From positions 8,861,812 through 8,925,811 of the forward strand of contig NC_092675.1 of assembly GCF_964355755.1 (NCBI RefSeq): DNA of 64,000 nucleotides, given 5' to 3'. The notes under the pieces are model-generated. The model saw only the letters and a list, made by a program, of their open reading frames with translations, did not search any database and had not been told where the DNA came from. The DNA is from Antedon mediterranea. Lineage: Eukaryota > Animalia > Echinodermata. Positions within the stretch are counted from its first letter, which is position 1. Each line of letters opens with the position of its first letter. This document shows, piece by piece, positions 8,488 through 23,183 of this stretch. A program made the translations under genes and the position numbers.

Positions 8488-8864
8488 ATGTTTAACTTTT
8501 TTAAATTATACTAAACAATGTTTATTTTACTTTCAATTATGTTTTTTGACAGTAACTATAAGATCTTTCTCAGTTATAATCTTGAACCGCAAGTAACCGA
8601 ATGTCTACAACCGTACCAGGTTGCCTAGCCTGTGAATATCTGTTGTCGTACACCTGTTTTTATCTTTTTAATAATCCTAAAATATAGTCTCGTTTAAGTG
8701 TTTCTATTTTCCAAAAATGTGTTTATACTGTTGATGATAGTATAAGTAAATAAATTCAAACTGTAACCGCAATTAATCGAAAGTTTTTCAACTAAACTGC
8801 ATTGAAAACAACGGTTCTCGTCCGATCACTGAAGTTAAACAAGTTGTTGTTCAAAGACATGTTT

Positions 8865-8901
8865 GTTGTTGCAGGGAGTTGTAACAACTCCCTGGTTGTT
8901 G
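8865..8901. mobile_element. Second identical 23-bp palindromic insertion (8872-8894) with GTTGTTG duplication
   Basis: Same sequence and same unit position as 2426-2448. Confidence 0.7.
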
Positions 8902-9310
8902 TATGTTGCTGCTGTGGTGACGGTACAAACGTCACTGTACTACGCGGGCGTCCACTTGTGTGCGCGTTTGATTCTTAGCAACAACGCGGCCTGAATCTTT
9001 TGTACATGCCGCTATTGTGTTATGCTTCTTTGTACAGTGTTATTGTTTCCTTTATATTATCTTTTTAAGAACCTCAGTATAACTTTTTAAATTATACTAA
9101 AAAAAGTTGAATTTACCTTTCAAGTATGTGTTTCTTCAACAGAAGTGGGTGTAAATACCAACGTCATGGTTTCAGCAGCTGCTAATTTCAATCCTAGAAA
9201 ATGTTCTATAATAAATGAACAAAACTATTAGGTTATAGGATATATATATTTATAGAGATTTTGACAGTGAATATAAGATGTATATATACTTGAACCGCAA
9301 GTAACCGAAC

Positions 9311-9666
9311 GTCTACAACCATACCACGTTGAAAACACCGGTTCTCGTCCGAACACCGCAGTTAAACAACGTCGGGCCTGGTTAGTACTTGGATGGGAGA
9401 CCGCCTGGGAATACCTGGTGTCGTAGACCTATGTTTAACTTTTTTAAATTATACTAAACAATGTTTATTTTACCTTTCAATTATGTTTTTTGACAGTAAC
9501 TATAAGATCTTTCTCAGTTATAATCTTGAACCGCAAGGAACCGAATGTCTACAACCATACCACGTTGAAAACACCGGTTCTCGTCCGAACACCGCAGTTA
9601 AACAACGTCGGGCCTGGTTAGTACTTGGATGGGAGACCGCCTGGGAATACCTGGTGTCGTAGACCT
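9311..9666 (+). rRNA. 2 x 5S rRNA genes (9311, 9547)
   Basis: Full 120-nt copies. Confidence 0.95.
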
Positions 9667-10461
9667 ATGTTTAACTTTTTTAAATTATACTAAATAAAGT
9701 TTATTTTACCTTTCAATTATATTTTTATGACAGTAACTATAAGATCTTTCTAAGTTATAATCTTGAACCGCAAGTAACCGAATGTCTACAACCGTACCAG
9801 GTTGCCTAGCCTGTGAATATCTGTTGTCGTACACCTGTTTTTATCTTTTTAATAATCCTAAAATATAGTCTCGTTTAAGTGTTTCGATTTTCCAAAAATG
9901 TGTTTATACTGTTGATGATAGTATAAGTAAATAAATTCAAACTGTAACCGCAATTAATCGAAAGTTTTTCAACTAAACTGCATTGAAAACAACTGTTCTC
10001 GTCCGATCACTGAAGTTAAACAAGTTGTTGTTCAAAGACATGTTTGTTGTTGTATGTTGCTGCTGTGGTGACGGTACAAACGTCACTGTACTACGCGGGC
10101 GTCCACTTGTGTGCGCGTTTGATTCTTAGCAACAAAGCGGCCTGAATCTTTTGTACATGCCGCTATTGTGTTATGCTTCTTTGTACAGTGTTATTGTTTC
10201 CTTTATATTATCTTTTTAAGAACCTCAGTATAACTTTTTAAATTATACTAAACAAAGTTGAATTTACCTTTCAAGTATGTGTTTCTTTAACAGAAGTGGG
10301 TGTAAATACCAACGTCATGGTTTCAGCAGCTGCTAATTTCAATCCTAGAAAATGTTCTATAATAAATGAACAAAACTATTAGGTTATAGGATATATGTGT
10401 TTATAGAGATTTTGACAGTGAATATAAGATTTATATATACTTGAACCGCAAGTAACCGAAC

Positions 10462-11291
10462 GTCTACAACCATACCATGTTGAAAACACCGGTTCTCGTC
10501 CGAACACCGCAGTTAAACAACGTCGGGCCTCGTTAGTACTTGGATGGGAGACCGCCTGGGAATACCTGGTGTCGTAGACCTATGTTTAACTTTTTTAAAT
10601 TATACTAAACAAAGTTTATTTTACCTTTCAATTATGTTTTTATGACAGTAACTATAAGATCTTTCTAAGTTATAATCTTGAACCGCAAGTAACCGAACGT
10701 CTACAACCATACCACGTTGAAAACACCGGTTCTCCTCCGAACACCGCAGTTAAACAACGTCGGGCCTGGTTAGTACTTGGATGGGAGACCGCCTGGGAAT
10801 ACCTGGTGTCGTAGACCTATGTTTAACTTTTTTAAATTATACTAAACAATGTTTATTTTACCTTTCAATTATGTTTTTATGACAGTAACTATAAGATCTT
10901 TCTAAGTTATAATCTTGAACCGCAAGTAACCGAACGTCTACAACCATACCACGTTGAAAACACCGGTTCTCCTCCGAACACCGCAGTTAAACAACGTCGG
11001 GCCTGGTTAGTACTTGGATGGGAGACCGCCTGGGAATACGTGGTGTCGTAGACCTATGTTTAACTTTTTTAAATTATACTAAACAATGTTTATTTTACCT
11101 TTCAATTATGTTTTTTGACAGTAACTATAAGATCTTTCTCAGTTATAATCTTGAACCGCAAGGAACCGAATGTCTACAACCATACCACGTTGAAAACACC
11201 GGTTCTCGTCCGAACACCGCAGTTAAACAACGTCGGGCCTGGTTAGTACTTGGATGGGAGACCGCCTGGGAATACCTGGTGTCGTAGACCT
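10462..11291 (+). rRNA. 4 x 5S rRNA genes (10462, 10699, 10936, 11172)
   Basis: Full 120-nt copies. Confidence 0.95.
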
Positions 11292-12085
11292 ATGTTTAAC
11301 TTTTTTAAATTATACTAAACAATGTTTATTTTACCTTTCAATTATGTTTTTTGACAGTAACTATAAGATCTTTCTCAGTTATAATCTTGAACCGCAAGTA
11401 ACCGAATGTCTACAACCGTACCAGGTTGCCTAGCCTGTGAATATCTGTTGTCGTACACCTGTTTTTATCTTTTTAATAATCCTAAAATATAGTCTCGTTT
11501 AAGTGTTTCTATTTTCCAAAAATGTGTTTATACTGTTGATGATAGTATAAGTAAATAAATTCAAACTGTAACCGCAATTAATCGAAAGTTTTTCAACTAA
11601 ACTGCATTGAAAACAACGGTTCTCGTCCGATCACTGAAGTTAAACAAGTTGTTGTTCAAAGACATGTTTGTTGTTGTATGTTGCTGCTGTGGTGACGGTA
11701 CAAACGTCACTGTACTACGCGGGCGTCCACTTGTGTGCGCGTTTGATTCTTAGCAACAACGCGGCCTGAATCTTTTGTACATGCCGCTATTGTGTTATGC
11801 TTCTTTGTACAGTGTTATTGTTTCCTTTATATTATCTTTTTAAGAACCTCAGTATAACTTTTTAAATTATACTAAACAAAGTTGAATTTACCTTTCAAGT
11901 ATGTGTTTCTTCAACAGAAGTGGGTGTAAATACCAACGTCATGGTTTCAGCAGCTGCTAATTTCAATCCTAGAAAATGTTCTATAATAAATGAACAAAAC
12001 TATTAGATTATAGGATATATATATTTATAGAGATTTTGACAGTGAATATAAGATGTATATATACTTGAACCGCAAGTAACCGAAC

Positions 12086-12441
12086 GTCTACAACAATACC
12101 ACGTTGAAAACACCGGTTCTCGTCCGAACACCGCAGTTAAACAACGTCGGGCCTGGTTAGTACTTGGATGGGAGACCGCCTGGGAATACCTGGTGTCGTA
12201 GACCTATGTTTAACTTTTTTAAATTATACTAAACAATGTTTATTTTACCTTTCAATTATGTTTTTTGACAGTAACTATAAGATCTTTCTCAGTTATAATC
12301 TTGAACCGCAAGGAACCGAATATCTACAACCATACCACGTTGAAAACACCGGTTCTCGTCCGAACACCGCAGTTAAACAACGTCGGGCCTGGTTAGTACT
12401 TGGATGGGAGACCGCCTGGGAATACCTGGTGTCGTAGACCT
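12086..12441 (+). rRNA. 2 x 5S rRNA genes (12086, 12322; the second has G1A)
   Basis: Full 120-nt copies. Confidence 0.95.
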
Positions 12442-13236
12442 ATGTTTAACTTTTTTAAATTATACTAAATAAAGTTTATTTTACCTTTCAATTATATTTT
12501 TATGACAGTAACTATAAGATCTTTCTAAGTTATAATCTTGAACCGCAAGTAACCGAATGTCTACAACCGTACCAGGTTGCCTAGCCTGTAAATATCTGTT
12601 GTCGTACACCTGTTTTTATCTATTTAATAATCCTAAAATATAGTCTCGTTTAAGTGTTTCTATTTTCCAAAAATGTGTTTATACTGTTGATGATAGTATA
12701 AGTAAATAAATTCAAACTGTAACCGCAATTAATCGAAAGTTTTTCAACTAAACTGCATTGAAAACAACGGTTCTCGTCCGATCACTGAAGTTAAACAAGT
12801 TGTTGTTCAAAGACATGTTTGTTGTTGTATGTTGCTGCTGTGGTGACGGTACAAACGTCACTGTACTACGCGGGCGTCCACTTGTGTGCGCGTTTGATTC
12901 TTAGCAACAACGCGGCCTGAATCTTTTGTACATGCCGCTATTGTGTTATGCTTCTTTGTACAGTGTTATTGTTTCCTTTATATTATCTTTTTAAGAACCT
13001 CAGTATAACTTTGTAAATTATACTAAACAAAGTTGAATTTACCTTTCAAGTATGTGTTTCTTCAACAGAAGTGGGTGTAAATACCAACGTCATGGTTTCA
13101 GCAGCTGCTAATTTCAATCCTAGAAAATGTTCTATAATAAATGAACAAAACTATTAGATTATAGGATATATATATTTATAGAGATTTTGACAGTGAATAT
13201 AAGATGTATATATACTTGAACCGCAAGTAACCGAAC

Positions 13237-13592
13237 GTCTACAACCATACCACGTTGAAAACACCGGTTCTCGTCCGAACACCGCAGTTAAACAACGTCG
13301 GGCCTGGTTAGTACTTGGATGGGAGACCGCCTGGGAATACCTGGTGTCGTAGACCTATGTTTAACTTTTTTAAATTATACTAAACAATGTTTATTTTACC
13401 TTTCAATTATGTTTTTTGACAGTAACTATAAGATCTTTCTCAGTTATAATCTTGAACCGCAAGGAACCGAATGTCTACAACCATACCACGTTGAAAACAC
13501 CGGTTCTCGTCCGAACACCGCAGTTAAACAACGTCGGGCCTGGTTAGTACTTGGATGGGAGACCGCCTGGGAATACCTGGTGTCGTAGACCT
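13237..13592 (+). rRNA. 2 x 5S rRNA genes (13237, 13473)
   Basis: Full 120-nt copies. Confidence 0.95.
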
Positions 13593-14387
13593 ATGTTTAA
13601 CTTTTTTAAATTATACTAAATAAAGTTTATTTTACCTTTCAATTATATTTTTATGACAGTAACTATAAGATCTTTCTAAGTTATAATCTTGAACCGCAAG
13701 TAACCGAATGTCTACAACCGTACCAGGTTGCCTAGCCTGTGAATATCTGTTGTCGTACACCTGTTTTTATCTTTTTAATAATCCTAAAATATAGTCTCGT
13801 TTAAGTGTTTCTATTTTCCAAAAATGTGTTTATACTGTTGATGATAGTATAAGTAAATAAATTCAAACTGTAACCGCAATTAATCGAAAGTTTTTCAACT
13901 AAACTGCATTGAAAACAACGGTTCTCGTCCGATCACTGAAGTTAAACAAGTTGTTGTTCAAAGACATGTTTGTTGTTGTATGTTGCTGCTGTGGTGACGG
14001 TACAAACGTCACTGTACTACGCGGGCGTCCACTTGTGTGCGCGTTTGATTCTTAGCAACAACGCGGCCTGAATCTTTTGTACATGCCGCTATTGTGTTAT
14101 GCTTCTTTGTACAGTGTTATTGTTTCCTTTATATTATCTTTTTAAGAACCTCAGTATAACTTTTTAAATTATACTAAACAAAGTTGAATTTACCTTTCAA
14201 GTATGTGTTTCTTCAACAGAAGTGGGTGTAAATACCAACGTCATGGTTTCAGCAGCTGCTAATTTCAATCCTAGAAAATGTTCTATAATAAATGAACAAA
14301 ACTATTAGGTTATAGGATATATATGTTTATAGAGATTTTGACAGTGAATATAAGATGTATATATACTTGAACCGCAAGTAACCGAAC

Positions 14388-15926
14388 GTCTACAACCATA
14401 CCACGTTGAAAACACCGGTTCTCGTCCGAACACCGCAGTTAAACAACGTCGGGCCTGGTTAGTACTTGGATGGGAGACCGCCTGGGAATACCTGGTGTCG
14501 TAGACCTATGTTTAACTTTTTTAAATTATACTAAACAATGTTTATTTTACCTTTCAATTATGTTTTTTGACAGTAACTATAAGATCTTTCTAAGTTATAA
14601 TCTTGAACCGCAAGTAACCGAACGTCTACAACCATACCACGTTGAAAACACCGGTTCTCCTCCGAACACCACAGTTAAACAACGTCGGGCCTGGTTAGTA
14701 CTTGGATGGGAGACCGCCTGGGAATACCTGGTGTCGTAGACCTATGTTTAACTTTTTTAAATTATACTAAACAATGTTTATTTTACCTTTCAATTATGTT
14801 TTTTGACAGTAACTATAAGATCTTTCTCAGTTATAATCTTGAACCGCAAGTAACCGAATGTCTACAACCATACCACGTTGAAAACACCGGTTCTCGTCCG
14901 AACACCGCAGTTAAACAACGTCGGGCCTCGTTAGTACTTGGATGGGAGAACACCAGGGAATACCTGGTGTCGTAGACCTATGTTTAACTTTTTTAAATTA
15001 TACTAAACAATGTTTATTTTACCTTTCAATTATGTTTTTTGACAGTAACTATAAGATCTTTCTAAGTTATAATCTTGAACCGCAAGTAAACGAACGTCAA
15101 AAACCATACCACGTTGAAAACACCGGTTCTCGTCCGAACACCGCAGTTAAACAACGTCGGGCCTGGTTAGTACTTGGATGGGAGACCGCCTGGGAATACC
15201 TGGTGTCGTAGACCTATGTTTAACTTTTTTTAAATTATACTAAACAATGTTTATTTTACCTTTCAATTATGTTTTTATGACAGTAACTATAAGATCTTTC
15301 TAAGTTATAATCTTGAACCGCAAGTAACCGAACGTCTACAACCATACCACGTTGAAAACACCGGTTCTCCTCCGAACACCGCAGTTAAACAACGTCGGGC
15401 CTGGTTAGTACTTGGATGGGAGACCGCCTGGGAATACCTGGTGTCGTAGACCTATGTTTAACTTTTTTAAATTATACTAAACAATGTTTATTTTACCTTT
15501 CAATTATGTTTTTATGACAGTAACTATAAGATCTTTCTAAGTTATAATCTTGAACCGCAAGTAACCGAACGTCTACAACCATACCACGTTGAAAACACCG
15601 GTTCTCCTCCGAACACCGCAGTTAAACAACGTCGGGCCTGGTTAGTACTTGGATGGGAGACCGCCTGGGAATACGTGGTGTCGTAGACCTATGTTTAACT
15701 TTTTTAAATTATACTAAACAATGTTTATTTTACCTTTCAATTATGTTTTTTGACAGTAACTATAAGATCTTTCTCAGTTATAATCTTGAACCGCAAGGAA
15801 CCGAATGTCTACAACCATACCACGTTGAAAACACCGGTTCTCGTCCGAACACCGCAGTTAAACAACGTCGGGCCTGGTTAGTACTTGGATGGGAGACCGC
15901 CTGGGAATACCTGGTGTCGTAGACCT
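14388..15926 (+). rRNA. 7 x 5S rRNA genes (14388, 14624, 14860, 15096, 15334, 15571, 15807); longest cluster
   Basis: Full 120-nt copies; 14860 carries box C substitutions. Confidence 0.95.
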
Positions 15927-16720
15927 ATGTTTAACTTTTTTAAATTATACTAAACAATGTTTATTTTACCTTTCAATTATGTTTTTTGACAGTAACTATA
16001 AGATCTTTCTCAGTTATAATCTTGAACCGCAAGTAACCGAATGTCTACAACCGTACCAGGTTGCCTAGCCTGTGAATATCTGTTGTCGTACACCTGTTTT
16101 TATCTTTTTAATAATCCTAAAATATAGTCTCGTTTAAGTGTTTCTATTTTCCAAAAATGTGTTTATACTGTTGATGATAGTATAAGTAAATAAATTCAAA
16201 CTGTAACCGCAATTAATCGAAAGTTTTTCAACTAAACTGCATTGAAAACAACGGTTCTCGTCCGATCACTGAAGTTAAACAAGTTGTTGTTCAAAGACAT
16301 GTTTGTTGTTGTATGTTGCTGCTGTGGTGACGGTACAAACGTCACTGTACTACGCGGGCGTCCACTTGTGTGCGCGTTTGATTCTTAGCAACAACGCGGC
16401 CTGAATCTTTTGTACATGCCGCTATTGTGTTATGCTTCTTTGTACAGTGTTATTGTTTCCTTTATATTATCTTTTTAAGAACCTCAGTATAACTTTTTAA
16501 ATTATACTAAACAAAGTTGAATTTACCTTTCAAGTATGTGTTTCTTCAACAGAAGTGGGTGTAAATACCAACGTCATGGTTTCAGCAGCTGCTAATTTCA
16601 ATCCTAGAAAATGTTCTATAATAAATGAACAAAACTATTAGATTATAGGATATATATATTTATAGAGATTTTGACAGTGAATATAAGATGTATATATACT
16701 TGAACCGCAAGTAACCGAAC

Positions 16721-17076
16721 GTCTACAACCATACCACGTTGAAAACACCGGTTCTCGTCCGAACACCGCAGTTAAACAACGTCGGGCCTGGTTAGTACTT
16801 GGATGGGAGACCGCCTGGGAATACCTGGTGTCGTAGACCTATGTTTAACTTTTTTAAATTATACTAAACAATGTTTATTTTACCTTTCAATTATGTTTTT
16901 TGACAGTAACTATAAGATCTTTCTCAGTTATAATCTTGAACCGCAAGGAACCGAATGTCTACAACCATACCACGTTGAAAACACCGGTTCTCGTCCGAAC
17001 ACCGCAGTTAAACAACGTCGGGCCTGGTTAGTACTTGGATGGGAGACCGCCTGGGAATACCTGGTGTCGTAGACCT
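16721..17076 (+). rRNA. 2 x 5S rRNA genes (16721, 16957)
   Basis: Full 120-nt copies. Confidence 0.95.
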
Positions 17077-17871
17077 ATGTTTAACTTTTTTAAATTATAC
17101 TAAATAAAGTTTATTTTACCTTTCAATTATATTTTTATGACAGTAACTATAAGATCTTTCTAAGTTATAATCTTGAACCGCAAGTAACCGAATGTCTACA
17201 ACCGTACCAGGTTGCCTAGCCTGTAAATATCTGTTGTCGTACACCTGTTTTTATCTATTTAATAATCCTAAAATATAGTCTCGTTTAAGTGTTTCTATTT
17301 TCCAAAAATGTGTTTATACTGTTGATGATAGTATAAGTAAATAAATTCAAACTGTAACCGCAATTAATCGAAAGTTTTTCAACTAAACTGCATTGAAAAC
17401 AACGGTTCTCGTCCGATCACTGAAGTTAAACAAGTTGTTGTTCAAAGACATGTTTGTTGTTGTATGTTGCTGCTGTGGTGACGGTACAAACGTCACTGTA
17501 CTACGCGGGCGTCCACTTGTGTGCGCGTTTGATTCTTAGCAACAACGCGGCCTGAATCTTTTGTACATGCCGCTATTGTGTTATGCTTCTTTGTACAGTG
17601 TTATTGTTTCCTTTATATTATCTTTTTAAGAACCTCAGTATAACTTTGTAAATTATACTAAACAAAGTTGAATTTACCTTTCAAGTATGTGTTTCTTCAA
17701 CAGAAGTGGGTGTAAATACCAACGTCATGGTTTCAGCAGCTGCTAATTTCAATCCTAGAAAATGTTCTATAATAAATGAACAAAACTATTAGATTATAGG
17801 ATATATATATTTATAGAGATTTTGACAGTGAATATAAGATGTATATATACTTGAACCGCAAGTAACCGAAC

Positions 17872-18227
17872 GTCTACAACCATACCACGTTGAAAACACC
17901 GGTTCTCGTCCGAACACCGTAGTTAAACAACGTCGGGCCTGGTTAGTACTTGGATGGGAGACCGCCTGGGAATACCTGGTGTCGTAGACCTATGTTTAAC
18001 TTTTTTAAATTATACAAAACAATGTTTATTTTACCTTTCAATTATGTTTTTTGACAGTAACTATAAGATCTTTCTCAGTTATAATCTTGAACCGCAAGGA
18101 ACCGAATGTCTACAACCATACCACGTTGAAAACACCGGTTCTCGTCCGAACACCGCAGTTAAACAACGTCGGGCCTGGTTAGTACTTGGATGGGAGACCG
18201 CCTGGGAATACCTGGTGTCGTAGACCT
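17872..18227 (+). rRNA. 2 x 5S rRNA genes (17872, 18108)
   Basis: Full 120-nt copies. Confidence 0.95.
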
Positions 18228-19022
18228 ATGTTTAACTTTTTTAAATTATACTAAATAAAGTTTATTTTACCTTTCAATTATATTTTTATGACAGTAACTA
18301 TAAGATCTTTCTAAGTTATAATCTTGAACCGCAAGTAACCGAATGTCTACAACCGTACCAGGTTGCCTAGCCTGTGAATATCTGTTGTCGTACACCTGTT
18401 TTTATCTTTTTAATAATCCTAAAATATAGTCTCGTTTAAGTGTTTCTATTTTCCAAAAATGTGTTTATACTGTTGATGATAGTATAAGTAAATAAATTCA
18501 AACTGTAACCGCAATTAATCGAAAGTTTTTCAACTAAACTGCATTGAAAACAACGGTTCTCGTCCGATCACTGAAGTTAAACAAGTTGTTGTTCAAAGAC
18601 ATGTTTGTTGTTGTATGTTGCTGCTGTGGTGACGGTACAAACGTCACTGTACTACGCGGGCGTCCACTTGTGTGCGCGTTTGATTCTTAGCAACAACGCG
18701 GCCTGAATCTTTTGTACATGCCGCTATTGTGTTATGCTTCTTTGTACAGTGTTATTGTTTCCTTTATATTATCTTTTTAAGAACCTCAGTATAACTTTGT
18801 AAATTATACTAAACAAAGTTGAATTTACCTTTCAAGTATGTGTTTCTTCAACAGAAGTGGGTGTAAATACCAACGTCATGGTTTCAGCAGCTGCTAATTT
18901 CAATCCTAGAAAATGTTCTATAATAAATGAACAAAACTATTAGATTATAGGATATATATATTTATAGAGATTTTGACAGTGAATATAAGATGTATATATA
19001 CTTGAACCGCAAGTAACCGAAC

Positions 19023-19378
19023 GTCTACAACCATACCACGTTGAAAACACCGGTTCTCGTCCGAACACCGCAGTTAAACAACGTCGGGCCTGGTTAGTAC
19101 TTGGATGGGAGACCGCCTGGGAATACCTGGTGTCGTAGACCTATGTTTAACTTTTTTAAATTATACTAAACAATGTTTATTTTACCTTTCAATTATGTTT
19201 TTTGACAGTAACTATAAGATCTTTCTCAGTTATAATCTTGAACCGCAAGGAACCGAATGTCTACAACCATACCACGTTGAAAACACCGGTTCTCGTCCGA
19301 ACACCGCAGTTAAACAACGTCGGGCCTGGTTAGTACTTGGATGGGAGACCGCCTGGGAATACCTGGTGTCGTAGACCT
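19023..19378 (+). rRNA. 2 x 5S rRNA genes (19023, 19259)
   Basis: Full 120-nt copies. Confidence 0.95.
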
Positions 19379-20173
19379 ATGTTTAACTTTTTTAAATTAT
19401 ACTAAATAAAGTTTATTTTACCTTTCAATTATATTTTTATGACAGTAACTATAAGATCTTTCTAAGTTATAATCTTGAACCGCAAGTAACCGAATGTCTA
19501 CAACCGTACCAGGTTGCCTAGCCTGTGAATATCTGTTGTCGTACACCTGTTTTTATCTTTTTAATAATCCTAAAATATAGTCTCGTTTAAGTGTTTCTAT
19601 TTTCCAAAAATGTGTTTATACTGTTGATGATAGTATAAGTAAATAAATTCAAACTGTAACCGCAATTAATCGAAAGTTTTTCAACTAAACTGCATTGAAA
19701 ACAACGGTTCTCGTCCGATCACTGAAGTTAAACAAGTTGTTGTTCAAAGACATGTTTGTTGTTGTATGTTGCTGCTGTGGTGACGGTACAAACGTCACTG
19801 TACTACGCGGGCGTCCACTTGTGTGCGCGTTTGATTCTTAGCAACAACGCGGCCTGAATCTTTTGTACATGCCGCTATTGTGTTATGCTTCTTTGTACAG
19901 TGTTATTGTTTCCTTTATATTATCTTTTTAAGAACCTCAGTATAACTTTTTAAATTATACTAAACAAAGTTGAATTTACCTTTCAAGTATGTGTTTCTTC
20001 AACAGAAGTGGGTGTAAATACCAACGTCATGGTTTCAGCAGCTGCTAATTTCAATCCTAGAAAATGTTCTATAATAAATGAACAAAACTATTAGGTTATA
20101 GGATATATATGTTTATAGAGATTTTGACAGTGAATATAAGATGTATATATACTTGAACCGCAAGTAACCGAAC

Positions 20174-21237
20174 GTCTACAACCATACCACGTTGAAAACA
20201 CCGGTTCTCGTCCGAACACCGCAGTTAAACAACGTCGGGCCTGGTTAGTACTTGGATGGGAGACCGCCTGGGAATACCTGGTGTCGTAGACCTATGTTTA
20301 ACTTTTTTAAATTATACTAAACAATGTTTATTTTACCTTTCAATTATGTTTTTTGACAGTAACTATAAGATCTTTCTAAGTTATAATCTTGAACCGCAAG
20401 TAACCGAACGTCTACAACCATACCACGTTGAAAACACCGGTTCTCCTCCGAACACCACAGTTAAACAACGTCGGGCCTGGTTAGTACTTGGATGGGAGAA
20501 CACCAGGGAATACCTGGTGTCGTAGACCTATGTTTAACTTTTTTAAATTATACTAAACAATGTTTATTTTACCTTTCAATTATGTTTTTTGACAGTAACT
20601 ATAAGATCTTTCTAAGTTATAATCTTGAACCGCAAGTAAACGAACGTCAACAACCATACCACGTTGAAAACACCGGTTCTCGTCCGAACACCGCAGTTAA
20701 ACAACGTCGGGCCTGGTTAGTACTTGGATGGGAGACCGCCTGGGAATACCTGGTGTCGTAGACCTATGTTTAACTTTTTTAAATTATACTAAACAATGTT
20801 TATTTTACCTTTCAATTATGTTTTTTGACAGTAACTATAAGATCTTTCTCAGTTATAATCTTGAACCGCAAGGAACCGAATGTCTACAACCATACCACGT
20901 TGAAAACACCGGTTCTCGTCCGAACACCGCAGTTAAACAACGTCGGGCCTGGTTAGTACTTGGATGGGAGACCGCCTGGGAATACCTGGTGTCGTAGACC
21001 TATGTTTAACTTTTTTAAATTATACTAAACAATGTTTATTTTACCTTTCAATTATGTTTTTTGACAGTAACTATAAGATCTTTCTCAGTTATAATCTTGA
21101 ACCGCAAGGAACCGAATGTCTACAACCATACCACGTTGAAAACACCGGTTCTCGTCCGAACACCGCAGTTAAACAACGTCGGGCCTGGTTAGTACTTGGA
21201 TGGGAGACCGCCTGGGAATACCTGGTGTCGTAGACCT
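20174..21237 (+). rRNA. 5 x 5S rRNA genes (20174, 20410, 20646, 20882, 21118)
   Basis: Full 120-nt copies. Confidence 0.95.
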
Positions 21238-22032
21238 ATGTTTAACTTTTTTAAATTATACTAAATAAAGTTTATTTTACCTTTCAATTATATTTTTATG
21301 ACAGTAACTATAAGATCTTTCTAAGTTATAATCTTGAACCGCAAGTAACCGAATGTCTACAACCGTACCAGGTTGCCTAGCCTGTAAATATCTGTTGTCG
21401 TACACCTGTTTTTATCTATTTAATAATCCTAAAATATAGTCTCGTTTAAGTGTTTCTATTTTCCAAAAATGTGTTTATACTGTTGATGATAGTATAAGTA
21501 AATAAATTCAAACTGTAACCGCAATTAATCGAAAGTTTTTCAACTAAACTGCATTGAAAACAACGGTTCTCGTCCGATCACTGAAGTTAAACAAGTTGTT
21601 GTTCAAAGACATGTTTGTTGTTGTATGTTGCTGCTGTGGTGACGGTACAAACGTCACTGTACTACGCGGGCGTCCACTTGTGTGCGCGTTTGATTCTTAG
21701 CAACAACGCGGCCTGAATCTTTTGTACATGCCGCTATTGTGTTATGCTTCTTTGTACAGTGTTATTGTTTCCTTTATATTATCTTTTTAAGAACCTCAGT
21801 ATAACTTTGTAAATTATACTAAACAAAGTTGAATTTACCTTTCAAGTATGTGTTTCTTCAACAGAAGTGGGTGTAAATACCAACGTCATGGTTTCAGCAG
21901 CTGCTAATTTCAATCCTAGAAAATGTTCTATAATAAATGAACAAAACTATTAGATTATAGGATATATATATTTATAGAGATTTTGACAGTGAATATAAGA
22001 TGTATATATACTTGAACCGCAAGTAACCGAAC

Positions 22033-22388
22033 GTCTACAACCATACCACGTTGAAAACACCGGTTCTCGTCCGAACACCGCAGTTAAACAACGTCGGGCC
22101 TGGTTAGTACTTGGATGGGAGACCGCCTGGGAATACCTGGTGTCGTAGACCTATGTTTAACTTTTTTAAATTATACTAAACAATGTTTATTTTACCTTTC
22201 AATTATGTTTTTTGACAGTAACTATAAGATCTTTCTCAGTTATAATCTTGAACCGCAAGGAACCGAATGTCTACAACCATACCACGTTGAAAACACCGGT
22301 TCTCGTCCGAACACCGCAGTTAAACAACGTCGGGCCTGGTTAGTACTTGGATGGGAGACCGCCTGGGAATACCTGGTGTCGTAGACCT
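22033..22388 (+). rRNA. 2 x 5S rRNA genes (22033, 22269)
   Basis: Full 120-nt copies. Confidence 0.95.
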
Positions 22389-23183
22389 ATGTTTAACTTT
22401 TTTAAATTATACTAAATAAAGTTTATTTTACCTTTCAATTATATTTTTATGACAGTAACTATAAGATCTTTCTAAGTTATAATCTTGAACCGCAAGTAAC
22501 CGAATGTCTACAACCGTACCAGGTTGCCTAGCCTGTGAATATCTGTTGTCGTACACCTGTTTTTATCTTTTTAATAATCCTAAAATATAGTCTCGTTTAA
22601 GTGTTTCTATTTTCCAAAAATGTGTTTATACTGTTGATGATAGTATAAGTAAATAAATTCAAACTGTAACCGCAATTAATCGAAAGTTTTTCAACTAAAC
22701 TGCATTGAAAACAACGGTTCTCGTCCGATCACTGAAGTTAAACAAGTTGTTGTTCAAAGACATGTTTGTTGTTGTATGTTGCTGCTGTGGTGACGGTACA
22801 AACGTCACTGTACTACGCGGGCGTCCACTTGTGTGCGCGTTTGATTCTTAGCAACAACGCGGCCTGAATCTTTTGTACATGCCGCTATTGTGTTATGCTT
22901 CTTTGTACAGTGTTATTGTTTCCTTTATATTATCTTTTTAAGAACCTCAGTATAACTTTGTAAATTATACTAAACAAAGTTGAATTTACCTTTCAAGTAT
23001 GTGTTTCTTCAACAGAAGTGGGTGTAAATACCAACGTCATGGTTTCAGCAGCTGCTAATTTCAATCCTAGAAAATGTTCTATAATAAATGAACAAAACTA
23101 TTAGATTATAGGATATATATATTTATAGAGATTTTGACAGTGAATATAAGATGTATATATACTTGAACCGCAAGTAACCGAAC

